Shown here: positions 9,386 through 18,853 of the stretch, in pieces | Layout of the letters: each line of letters starts with the position of its first letter | Position numbering within the stretch: position 1 is the stretch's first letter | Assembly: GCA_002393555.1 (NCBI GenBank) | Contig: DGSP01000047.1 | Location: forward strand, 14,591-78,590 | From: Prevotellaceae bacterium UBA4359 | GTDB lineage: Bacteria; Bacteroidota; Bacteroidia; Bacteroidales; Bacteroidaceae | Reading direction: 5' to 3' | Length of the DNA: 64,000 nt | Notes under the pieces: generated by a model | The model's input: the letters and a program-made list of their open reading frames with translations, nothing else | Database searches by the model: none | Told to the model about the DNA's origin: nothing | Position numbers and translations under genes: made by a program

Positions 9386-12300
9386 ATGAAGAAAATATTA
9401 TCAATCCTCATGCTTCTGGCGTGCTGCTGTCTGCAGGTTAGTGCGCAGGTGAAAGCAGGCGACGTGATTAGTGGTCAGGTTTGGGATGACTTCGATGCAC
9501 TGATGATGTGTAACGTAGTCGAAATCGACCACAACAACCGTATCGTTGCCCACGGAGTTACCGACATCAATGGTAACTTCTCCTTCAAGATAGTCAATCC
9601 GAAGGACAAGATTCGCATCTCCTATGTTGGCTATCAGCCTATGACATTGCCCATCAACAAAAAATCGTTTGGCAAAATCGTTCTCAAGAGCAACACCACC
9701 ATCCAGGAGGTGACGGTGAAGGCCGTGCGCAAGACACAATCTTCGGGTCTTGCCATCCCCGTGACCGAAATCTCGGTGGCCAGCCAGACCATTGACATGA
9801 AAGAGTTTGAAGGTCTCGGCATGACTTCGGTCGATGAGGCTCTGCAAGGCCGTATCTCTGGTCTCGACATCGTGGCCAACTCTGGTAACCTCGGTGCCGG
9901 AACCACCATGCGTCTGCGTGGTGTCAGCACCATCAACGGTAATGCCGACCCACTCGTGGTGGTCAACGGCAATGTGTGGACCAACGATGCCAACGCTGAC
10001 TTCGACTACACCAATGCCAACGAAGAGAAGTTCGCCGAACTCCTCAACGTCAACCCCGAAGATATCGAGTCCATCACCGTGCTGAAAGACGCTGCCGCAA
10101 CCGCCATCTGGGGTTCGCAGGGTGCCAACGGTGTGATTGAAATCAAGACCAAGCGTGGTGCCAGAGGCAAGACCAAGGTGCAGTATTCCTACCGTTTCAC
10201 AGGGTCTTGGCAGCCTACAGGCTACAAACTCCTCAACGGTGACGACTACACCATGTTCCTCAAGGAGTCCTACTTCAATCCCAAGATGGAGAGCGGCTTC
10301 GGCAACCTGAACTCGGCTAACTATATTCCAGAAATAGCCTACGACCAGAACTTCTCGGAGTGGCGCATGTATGATGACAACACCGATTGGCGCAAGGCCA
10401 TCCGTCAGTTCGGCCAGAACCACCAGCACTTCGTGTCCCTTTCGGGTGGTGGCGAAAAAGCCAACTTCCGTATCTCTGGTGGTTACGACCACGCCACGGG
10501 TACTGTCATCAAGCAGAAACTCGACCGCTTCACCACACGTGTAGCCCTCGACTACTTCGTCAGCGACCGCATCAAGGTGAGCACCAACTTCGACCTCACC
10601 TACACCAAGAACCAGAAGAACTACCGCTATGGCGGTGAAGACCTTCTGGCCATCGCCTACCGAAAGATGCCTAACCTCTCTATCTATGAGGAAGATGCAA
10701 ATGGCAATGACACAGGACGTTTCTACACGATGAATCCTTACCTGACAGTGGCTACTGGTGGCTACAACGTGCCCTCAGGTGTGAATGGTCACAACAAGTA
10801 TCTGGAAGACCAGTACAATCTGCCCAATCCCGTGGCAATTGCACACCAGGCCAAGAATACTGAGACGACTGTGAAACTCTCGCCGGAGTTCATCCTCTCC
10901 TACGACCTCTTGGGCACACAGCCCGACCAGCATCGTCTGAGATATGAAGGCCAAATCATCTTCGACATCTACACGAACAATGCAGACACCTATCTGCCTG
11001 GTTCCATCCTCTCGAACAACTGGGCCTCAGACTCTTACAACGTCGCTTCTTCGTCGAGTTACAAGAGCCATGCCCTCTCCACACGTCACACCTTTACCTA
11101 CACGCCACACTTCAACAACGAGAACCACTCGCTGCTCTTCATGGCGCGTTTCCAGTACAACAGCGGTTCCTCATCCAACCAGTCGCTGACGGAGAAGTGG
11201 CTGCCTACAGCCTCTGGCATTGAGTCGCCTCTGGCTGGTGGTGTCAACACAGGTTTCGGCACATCGGCTGGCGAATGGAAGTCGCAGTTCTTCCTCTTCT
11301 CGCTCCACTATGCTTTCAAGGGCAGGTACATCTTAGATGCCACACTCCGTCGCGACGGCTCCACCAAGTTCGGACCAGACCGCCGCTGGGGTAACTTCCC
11401 CGGAGTTTCCGCACGATGGAACATCAGCGATGAGCCATTCATGGAAAAGTTTAAGTGGATTTCCATGCTCTCCATCCGTCCGGGCTGGGGTATCGTAGGT
11501 CGTCAGCCGGACAGCGAGTACCTCTACTACTCTAAGTATGGTAGCAGTACTTCTTACCTCGGACAGACTTCGGTGATACCGACCAACATCCGTCTGGCCG
11601 ACCTCCGTTGGGAAGAGAAAGAAACCTGGAACCTCGGTTTCGACTTCGGCTTCCATCTGAGCCAGAGCGACCCCAACTGCACCATCGATGGCGACCTCTC
11701 GCTCTACACGCAGAAAACCAAAGACCTTCTCATGAAGGGATTGGCTATTCCTTCTTCGTCTGGCTACACTGCTTTGGCATGGAAGAATGTAGGCTCTATG
11801 CGCAACAACGGTTGGGAGTTCAACGTGAACGGTCACCGCATCGTGAAGGCTGGCAAGTTCTCCATGGATTTCAACCTCACCTTTGCCAACAACCGCAACG
11901 AAATCCTGACGATGGACGAGACGGTGCTGGCTACGATGAATGGTTCGGGCAATACACCTGAGAATGGCACCTACCTCTCTCGTGTGCAGTTGCACAACCC
12001 ACTGGGTTCTATCTACGGCTACCGCTACAAGGGTGTCTATCGCTACACCGAGTTGGCTGATGCCCAGGAGGCATACGAGGCAGGTCTTCTGACCGCTGAA
12101 GAGATGAATGCCACCAACATCGCTCCTGTGGTGCGCAATGAAGCAGGCGAAGTGGTCTATAACGCCACGGGTACACCTAAGTACATGTACTTCGACTACG
12201 ACAATTACGGAACGTCTCATCGCTTTGTGGGTGGCGATGCTATCTACGAGGATGTGAACCACGATGGTCAAATCAATGCACTTGACGTGGTCTATCTGGG

Positions 12301-12811
12301 TTCCTCACTGCCTAAGTTGACGGGTGGTTTCGGCTTCAAGTTCAACTACAAGGCTTGGTCGCTCAACCTCCAGTTCAACTACCGTTATGGTAACAAGGTC
12401 ATCAACTACGCTCGCATGGGACTGGAGAACATGTCTTCTTCCAACAACCAGTCGCAGGCCATCAACTGGCGTTGGCACACGGAAGGCGACGTGGCAAAAC
12501 TCCCACGTGCCGTCACTACGAAGACCAACTTCTTGACCTACAACTATCTGGGTTCAGACCGTTTCGTGGAGAATGCTTCTTTCCTCCGCTTGAACTATGC
12601 ACAACTTGCATACTCCTTCGAGCCGAAACTGCTCAAGCAGTGGGGACTCTCTGCTCTCCGACTCAACCTGACGGTCAACAACGTGTTCTGTATCACCAAA
12701 TACTCTGGTGCCGATCCTGAAATTGCACAGGCAGGTTTTGCCCCTGCTGGCGACGGTTCACGCACACCACGTGCTAAGTCTTTCACTGTAGGTGCCTCTG
12801 TTTCATTCTAA
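9386..12811 (+). CDS. SusC/RagA-family TonB-dependent outer membrane transporter (pair 1)
   Basis: 1141 aa. The signal peptide is followed by a CarboxypepD_reg-like domain (DINGNFSFKIVNPKDKIRISYVGYQP), a plug (LQGRISGLDIV, TMRLRGVSTINGN) and a large beta-barrel ending in ...FTVGASVSF. Confidence 0.92.
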   Translation: MKKILSILMLLACCCLQVSAQVKAGDVISGQVWDDFDALMMCNVVEIDHNNRIVAHGVTDINGNFSFKIVNPKDKIRISYVGYQPMTLPINKKSFGKIVLKSNTTIQEVTVKAVRKTQSSGLAIPVTEISVASQTIDMKEFEGLGMTSVDEALQGRISGLDIVANSGNLGAGTTMRLRGVSTINGNADPLVVVNGNVWTNDANADFDYTNANEEKFAELLNVNPEDIESITVLKDAAATAIWGSQGANGVIEIKTKRGARGKTKVQYSYRFTGSWQPTGYKLLNGDDYTMFLKESYFNPKMESGFGNLNSANYIPEIAYDQNFSEWRMYDDNTDWRKAIRQFGQNHQHFVSLSGGGEKANFRISGGYDHATGTVIKQKLDRFTTRVALDYFVSDRIKVSTNFDLTYTKNQKNYRYGGEDLLAIAYRKMPNLSIYEEDANGNDTGRFYTMNPYLTVATGGYNVPSGVNGHNKYLEDQYNLPNPVAIAHQAKNTETTVKLSPEFILSYDLLGTQPDQHRLRYEGQIIFDIYTNNADTYLPGSILSNNWASDSYNVASSSSYKSHALSTRHTFTYTPHFNNENHSLLFMARFQYNSGSSSNQSLTEKWLPTASGIESPLAGGVNTGFGTSAGEWKSQFFLFSLHYAFKGRYILDATLRRDGSTKFGPDRRWGNFPGVSARWNISDEPFMEKFKWISMLSIRPGWGIVGRQPDSEYLYYSKYGSSTSYLGQTSVIPTNIRLADLRWEEKETWNLGFDFGFHLSQSDPNCTIDGDLSLYTQKTKDLLMKGLAIPSSSGYTALAWKNVGSMRNNGWEFNVNGHRIVKAGKFSMDFNLTFANNRNEILTMDETVLATMNGSGNTPENGTYLSRVQLHNPLGSIYGYRYKGVYRYTELADAQEAYEAGLLTAEEMNATNIAPVVRNEAGEVVYNATGTPKYMYFDYDNYGTSHRFVGGDAIYEDVNHDGQINALDVVYLGSSLPKLTGGFGFKFNYKAWSLNLQFNYRYGNKVINYARMGLENMSSSNNQSQAINWRWHTEGDVAKLPRAVTTKTNFLTYNYLGSDRFVENASFLRLNYAQLAYSFEPKLLKQWGLSALRLNLTVNNVFCITKYSGADPEIAQAGFAPAGDGSRTPRAKSFTVGASVSF

Positions 12812-12829
12812 TCAATTAGTCTAACAGTT

Positions 12830-14770
12830 ATGAAGAAGATCAATCATCAAATAAAACTTATGTTGGCCGCAGCACTTGTTGGTGTGGGCGTCACTTCTTG
12901 CTCGCTCGACATGCTGCCGCTCAACGACATCGTTCTCGAAAACTATTGGACTAACAAGTCCGATGTAGAGAGCGTCGTCAATTCCTGCTATGCAGGCTTG
13001 AAGGAGGGCGGTTATATCTCCGATATGGTTGTGTGGGGTGAATGCCGTTCTGACAATACCGACATCGGCCCGAATGTGCCAGTTGCCTTGCGTAATCTGA
13101 TGAAGGGAAGTCTGAAATCGACCAATGGTTACTGCAACTGGAGTGCCATGTACAATGTCATCAACCGTTGCAACACAGTACTCTATTATGCGCCTCAAGT
13201 GCACGAGAAAGACCCGAACTATACGGACTCTGACTTGGCTATCAATGTGGCTGAATGTAAGGCACTTCGCGCACTCTCTTACCTCACCTTGATTAAAACC
13301 TTCAAGGATGTGCCTTTCTCACTGGATCCTTCCATCGACGATAACATGGACTTCCTGCTCCCACGTACGGAGTTTACGGTGATTCTCGATGCTCTCATCC
13401 AGGACATCGAAGAGGTGAAAAACGACCTGCCTATCGAGTATGGTGCTGCCACACCTATCTATAACACAGCCAGAATCACACGTCCCGCCATCTATGCCTT
13501 GCTGGCTGAGATGTACCTGTGGCGCGCTTCTGACTATCAGTTGACCAAACAAGAGCAGAACAACTACTACCAGAAATGTATCGATGCCTGCAATTGGGTG
13601 ATTGACTACAAGACTCGTCAGATGCAGGCTAACACGTTCTACACTTGGCGTGGAAACACCATCAACCTGGCTGATAATATCGATGACCAAGTCTGGGGTC
13701 AGTTTGGCTACCCCTTGCTCTCTGAAGTGAAAGGCAATGGCTCCTCGGTGAATGCACCCTATGCGTTCAACTCCATCTTCAGCGAAGGCAACTCCTTCGA
13801 GTCGCTCTTTGAGATTACTTTCCACTATGCTGGAACCCTCGAGAACAATTCGGATGTGGCTTTCATGTATGGAGGCACAAATAAAGATGGTGGTTCTGAA
13901 CAATATCTGTTGGCTGCCGACAACCTTATGACATCGGCTCCAACTGATGTGACGACTTACACAGACAATTCGTTGTTCCCGGTCTGCACAGACTTCCGTT
14001 CGGCTGCATCATTCCATTTCACAGACGATGGACGTTATTCTATCTATAAATATGCGGTGGATGGCGTGGACTTGAAGAACACAACAGCAACAGGTAAATT
14101 CACTTATCCTGAGCAGACAAACAGTGTGCGTCTCTATGCTAACCAAGATATTAACTGGATTATCTATCGCTTGACCGAAGTGATGCTCTTCCGTGCCGAA
14201 GCCGAGATTGAAATGGCTGGAAATCTGAATGCTATTGCTGCAGAAGAAGAGACTGCAGAAGATGCTGACGCAGAAGGTTCAGGTGAGGAAGGTACGGATG
14301 CTGAAGGCGAAGGAACTGATGCTGATGGGTCGGACTCTGAAGCAGGTCAGGACACCACAGCACCGTTGTCTCCCAGCGAACTGTATGATGATGCCTTCAA
14401 CATTATCTCTGCTGTCTATATGCGTTCAAACCCTGCCGTGAGAAACTTGGCCGATGCTAAGCCTGCACGTTCGAAGTATAAGTCACATGCCGACTTTGAG
14501 ACGTTGCTGATGAACGAGCGTCGTCGTGAGTTCCTCTTCGAGGGCAAACGTTACTACGACCTGGTGCGTCAGGCACGTCGTGAGGGTAACACCGACAAGT
14601 TCCAGGCTGCACTTACCTCCAAGTTTGGCGAGGCATCCAAGGCCGTGGTCATCAAAATGTCCATGATGGACTTTATGTACATGCCAATTTTGAAAACCCA
14701 GATTCAGGTTAATCCTAATCTCACTCAGAATCCAGCATACGCTGAAGAGGAGAACGTAGAAATCAACTAA
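12830..14770 (+). CDS. SusD/RagB-family lipoprotein (pair 1) with acidic low-complexity insertion
   Basis: 646 aa. Lipobox GVTSC. SusD-like features: ENYWTNKSDVESVVNSCYAGL, LFRAEAEIE, ERRREFLFEGKRYYDLVR. Immediately downstream of SusC. Confidence 0.9.
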   Translation: MKKINHQIKLMLAAALVGVGVTSCSLDMLPLNDIVLENYWTNKSDVESVVNSCYAGLKEGGYISDMVVWGECRSDNTDIGPNVPVALRNLMKGSLKSTNGYCNWSAMYNVINRCNTVLYYAPQVHEKDPNYTDSDLAINVAECKALRALSYLTLIKTFKDVPFSLDPSIDDNMDFLLPRTEFTVILDALIQDIEEVKNDLPIEYGAATPIYNTARITRPAIYALLAEMYLWRASDYQLTKQEQNNYYQKCIDACNWVIDYKTRQMQANTFYTWRGNTINLADNIDDQVWGQFGYPLLSEVKGNGSSVNAPYAFNSIFSEGNSFESLFEITFHYAGTLENNSDVAFMYGGTNKDGGSEQYLLAADNLMTSAPTDVTTYTDNSLFPVCTDFRSAASFHFTDDGRYSIYKYAVDGVDLKNTTATGKFTYPEQTNSVRLYANQDINWIIYRLTEVMLFRAEAEIEMAGNLNAIAAEEETAEDADAEGSGEEGTDAEGEGTDADGSDSEAGQDTTAPLSPSELYDDAFNIISAVYMRSNPAVRNLADAKPARSKYKSHADFETLLMNERRREFLFEGKRYYDLVRQARREGNTDKFQAALTSKFGEASKAVVIKMSMMDFMYMPILKTQIQVNPNLTQNPAYAEEENVEIN

Positions 14771-14776
14771 TGCCTT

Positions 14777-16897
14777 ATGAAGAAAATATTGAATTTTAGA
14801 TTTTTCGTGGCTGCCCTTTGTGCGATTGCCGCCATTGAGTTGGGCTTTGTGAGTTGCTCCGACGACCCTGGCTCTGGCAGTTACTATACTCAGACGAAGG
14901 AGTATGCGTCAGACTATCTGCAGAACCGCAGTCAGTATAGCGATTTCGTGCAGATTCTGCAGCGCGCCACAGGTGCGGAGGGCAAGAATCTCCGACTGAT
15001 TGACTTGCTGGGTACGTATGGCTCTTACACGGTCTTTGCACCGACGAACGAAGCAATCCAGTTGTACATTGCTGGTAAGGGCTATACTTCTATTGACCAG
15101 TTGACGAAGGAAGACTGCGACACCATCGCGTTGAACTCCATCATCGAGCAGGCTTACTTCACTACTGACTTGAGTGATGGAACCTATTCCAAGTCGAACA
15201 TGTTGGATCAGTATCTGACCATTACGAGTCGAGAGGAAACATCTGAGGACGAAACTGAAAGCCGTCTGGCCATGTACATCAACTCGGATGCTCAAATCAC
15301 ACATGCTGATGACTCGGTGAGCAACGGTGTGGTCCATACGGTGAACCGCGTGGTTCTCACTAACACTGACTTCCTCCCCGATTTTATGGGTGAGGACGAG
15401 AATATCCAACTTTTCTGCGAAGCGTTGGAAGTGACCCACATGGCCGATTCGCTGAAAAAGTTCATCGACCCCAACTATTCGGTGGGTTCTGACTCCATCG
15501 ACTGGACTAATCCGGCTTTGGTGCTTTCTACTGCTACCGAATACGATAATGTGGCTTATCCCGAACACCGCTACTACAAGTTTACAGCCTTCGTCTGTCC
15601 CGATGCTGTGCTGGAAGAGAAGTATGGCGTGACCAAGGTGCGTGGTAGGGACGATGCTTCTTCGCTTGAATATCTGGCACATCAACTCTACGACCCCATG
15701 TATCCCAACGATGCCGACAATGATGATGTGACTGACCGTCGCAATGCGCTCAACCGCTTCATCTCCTACCATCTCTTGGATCGTTACGGCTCCTACTACA
15801 CACTCACGGCAGTGGATGGCCCTAACTCTACGTTGGCCAAGAACTGGAACCGCAAAAAGTGGGACATTGCAGACTGGTATGAGACCATGATGCCTTATTC
15901 TATCCTCAAGTGTTCTTTCCCCGATGGACGTTCGGCTGGCCTCTACCTCAATCGCCGTGGTGTTCAGTCACATGCTGATGAGCGTGGTGTACTGGTTCGC
16001 GGTGCGAAACTCTCCACTCCTACAGAGATGGGTCGCGTGAACACTTGTCTGAACGGTATCTATCACTACATCGATGATATCATCGCTTACGACCAGCAGA
16101 CTCAGCAAGTGGTGCTGGATGAACGTCTGCGCATCGATGCTTCCACCTTGTCTCCCGACTTCATGAACAGTGAGGCACGTGGACACTATACGCGTTCCAA
16201 TTATGAAAATGGAAAGTATGGTATCTGGGACAGCAATGCAAGTGTGGATAATAAGCAGACCTGCTTGGGCTTCAAGGCTGGTTCGGTCAAGAACTTCACC
16301 TATACAGATGACACCCATGTACACGTGCGTCCACGCACACTCTCTTTCTGGTCTTATCAAGGTGACGAGGTTACAGTGATTGGAATTTTCGACCTGACGG
16401 TCAAGTTGCCACCTGTACCAGCCGGTGAATACGAACTACGCTTGTTCACCTGCACAGGCTTCTCCAACCGTGGTATCATTCAGGTTTATCTGGATGGTGT
16501 TCCCCAGGGCATTCCATTCGATATGCGCCCAGATGGCCTCACGTTGTTTGGCTATAAGTATGACACCGCCTTGGGTGACGAAGATGCCATTGCAGCGTTT
16601 GACAAGTCCATCCACAACTTAGGCTGGATGAAAGGTCCTAAGTCGTATGGAAATGCGACGACTGAGGCAGGCGGAACAATGGGTACACCATTCCGCGACT
16701 TGAATCCACCTCGCACAGTACGTAAGGTGCTGGGGCACTTTACCAGCCGTGGCGAAGACGATGAGGAACATTTCGTGCGTTTCAAGCAGGTGCTTGAGAC
16801 TGCATCGAAAACCTCAAGTGCTCTCAACTTCGACTTCATCGAGATTTGTCCAAGTTCAGTCTATAACAACGAGTACTTTGCAGAGGATAGATGGTAA
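14777..16897 (+). CDS. Fasciclin (FAS1) domain surface lipoprotein, 706 aa
   Basis: Lipobox GFVSC followed by SDDPG. FAS1 signature YTVFAPTNEAIQLYI. C-terminal module with GEYELRLFTCTGFSNRGIIQVYLDG. Confidence 0.8.
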   Translation: MKKILNFRFFVAALCAIAAIELGFVSCSDDPGSGSYYTQTKEYASDYLQNRSQYSDFVQILQRATGAEGKNLRLIDLLGTYGSYTVFAPTNEAIQLYIAGKGYTSIDQLTKEDCDTIALNSIIEQAYFTTDLSDGTYSKSNMLDQYLTITSREETSEDETESRLAMYINSDAQITHADDSVSNGVVHTVNRVVLTNTDFLPDFMGEDENIQLFCEALEVTHMADSLKKFIDPNYSVGSDSIDWTNPALVLSTATEYDNVAYPEHRYYKFTAFVCPDAVLEEKYGVTKVRGRDDASSLEYLAHQLYDPMYPNDADNDDVTDRRNALNRFISYHLLDRYGSYYTLTAVDGPNSTLAKNWNRKKWDIADWYETMMPYSILKCSFPDGRSAGLYLNRRGVQSHADERGVLVRGAKLSTPTEMGRVNTCLNGIYHYIDDIIAYDQQTQQVVLDERLRIDASTLSPDFMNSEARGHYTRSNYENGKYGIWDSNASVDNKQTCLGFKAGSVKNFTYTDDTHVHVRPRTLSFWSYQGDEVTVIGIFDLTVKLPPVPAGEYELRLFTCTGFSNRGIIQVYLDGVPQGIPFDMRPDGLTLFGYKYDTALGDEDAIAAFDKSIHNLGWMKGPKSYGNATTEAGGTMGTPFRDLNPPRTVRKVLGHFTSRGEDDEEHFVRFKQVLETASKTSSALNFDFIEICPSSVYNNEYFAEDRW

Positions 16898-16918
16898 ATT
16901 TTTAATGTAGGTAAAAAT

Positions 16919-18817
16919 ATGAATAACAAGATAAAAAACACTTTCCGACTCGGAATCATTGCTGCCGCAGGTGCAGCAGCAATGGTTTCCTGCTCGGACA
17001 CGTGGGACGACCACTATAAGGGCGGTGCTGTCATCGAGTTCAATGGCACGACCCTGCAAGCAATAGAGGAAAATGCCCCCGATTTTGCCAAGGTGATTAA
17101 GGCATACGGTTTCGACCGCGAACTGGCTTCAGATAATGTCTATACCATCTGGGCACCAGCCGATGGCTCCTTCACCCTTTCCGACTATGTGGTACAAGGT
17201 AATATGGGTGAACTCCTGAGAGTTGCTGACTCGACAGATGTGGTGGACCGCTTCATCAAGAACCACATTGCGCGCTATGCTGTGTCGCAAAATGGCACTG
17301 AGCAAGACATCATGCTGTTGAACACCAAGATGGCCACCATGACAGGCGAGGGTAGTGCTGAGGGTTCTATCGAAGCCTGCGACATAACCAGGGCGAACCT
17401 CTCGTGCGCCAACGGCATTCTCCATCTCATCGATGGCGAGATGGACTACAAGAACAACATCTACGAACAAATCCGGTCATGGGACGATGCTGGCGAAGAC
17501 GAAGCATCGCTCTACGCTTACCTGGAGGAGTATAATGCCGACTCGCTCGACGAGAACAAGTCCATCAGCCGTGGCGTTGATGCATACGGAAACAAGATTT
17601 GGATTGACAGCGTGACCATCCGCAACAACACGGCTCTGCGTAGTGTAGATGCCCCTGTGTATGAGGAAGACTCCAGTTTCATCGCCATCATTCCTACCGC
17701 CAAGGCTTATCAGAAGCGTCTGGAGATAGCCAAGAGTCTCTTGGTGTTCAATCCTTCAGAAGATGCGGTTGTGCCAGGTATCTGCGACTCTCTGCAGAAC
17801 TACTATGGCAACATGTTCGCCATGTCTGACCTCTTCTACAACAAGAACCTCAATGCCAAGGCATACGATGAGGGAACCGAGAACTACGACTCGCTGCGTT
17901 CCACGTTGTTCAAGTCATGGAACTGGCCCTACAACCTTTATTATAGCAAGGAGCCACGCCTGGGTCTTCATCCCGACAAGCAGGTGAACGACATCTTGAC
18001 GAAAGCCAAGGCCGGCACCATGGCTGAATGTTCGAATGGTGAGGCTTATCTGGTGGACGAGTACCCCATGTCTGTCACAGAGCAGTTCTTCAAGAAACTT
18101 CAGGTCATGGCCAGCGACCGATCGTTAGACCAGACTCAGACCACCAATAGTCAGGGACAAACCACAAATGCTTATACCCGTTTGATAGGTACTCCTTATT
18201 CACGGTCTGGTGTGATTTACGACTATGAGACAGAGACGTCCATCGACGAAGAGACAGGCGAAGAGGTGACAACCGTGACCGGTTACACCATGCGCAACTA
18301 TCACTTCTACGGTGTTCCGCCACAGAACGATGCTCAGCAACCTTATATAGCCTTCAAGGTTCCCAACACCTTGTCTGGCACCTATGAGTTGTATCTGGTC
18401 ACTTGTCCTATCTGGGCCAAGAATGGTTTTGAGGATGGTGCAAAGCCAGAGGATGACCCTCGCGGCTACCGTTTCTACACCAACATTTACGAGCGCAACG
18501 AAAAGGGCGAATACGCCAAAGCCGAGCGTCTTTCCATTGAAGACTTCAGAGGAATCCATCCTGAATATGAAGGCTTGAGCGAAAAGAACTACTACATAAC
18601 CAACTACGAGAATCCTATAGACACACTCTATCTGGGTGACTATACATTCAAGAATGCCTACTACAACCGTTCAGAGGAAGGCGTTCTCATCCAGTTCCAG
18701 GTGCAGGTCAACAGTAAGTTGGTTGACCAATACTCGCGCGAGATGCTCTTCTCCAGCATCATTCTGAAGCCTAAGTTTGAAGAAGCCAAGGAAGAGGAAG
18801 AATCAGTGGAAGAGTAA
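16919..18817 (+). CDS. Fasciclin (FAS1) domain surface lipoprotein, 632 aa
   Basis: Lipobox AMVSC followed by SDTWDD. FAS1 signature YTIWAPADGSF. C-terminal module GTYELYLVTC resembles that of the preceding gene. Confidence 0.75.
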   Translation: MNNKIKNTFRLGIIAAAGAAAMVSCSDTWDDHYKGGAVIEFNGTTLQAIEENAPDFAKVIKAYGFDRELASDNVYTIWAPADGSFTLSDYVVQGNMGELLRVADSTDVVDRFIKNHIARYAVSQNGTEQDIMLLNTKMATMTGEGSAEGSIEACDITRANLSCANGILHLIDGEMDYKNNIYEQIRSWDDAGEDEASLYAYLEEYNADSLDENKSISRGVDAYGNKIWIDSVTIRNNTALRSVDAPVYEEDSSFIAIIPTAKAYQKRLEIAKSLLVFNPSEDAVVPGICDSLQNYYGNMFAMSDLFYNKNLNAKAYDEGTENYDSLRSTLFKSWNWPYNLYYSKEPRLGLHPDKQVNDILTKAKAGTMAECSNGEAYLVDEYPMSVTEQFFKKLQVMASDRSLDQTQTTNSQGQTTNAYTRLIGTPYSRSGVIYDYETETSIDEETGEEVTTVTGYTMRNYHFYGVPPQNDAQQPYIAFKVPNTLSGTYELYLVTCPIWAKNGFEDGAKPEDDPRGYRFYTNIYERNEKGEYAKAERLSIEDFRGIHPEYEGLSEKNYYITNYENPIDTLYLGDYTFKNAYYNRSEEGVLIQFQVQVNSKLVDQYSREMLFSSIILKPKFEEAKEEEESVEE

Positions 18818-18853
18818 GCCCCTACAGTAGAAATTAGAAAAAAAGTTACACGT

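Noticed and set aside
9401-10492. 363-aa antisense ORF inside SusC (pair 1); similar ones at 11333-12271 and 22846-23859
   Set aside because: They are shadow ORFs opposite confidently identified SusC/SusD genes, and I recognise no motifs in them.
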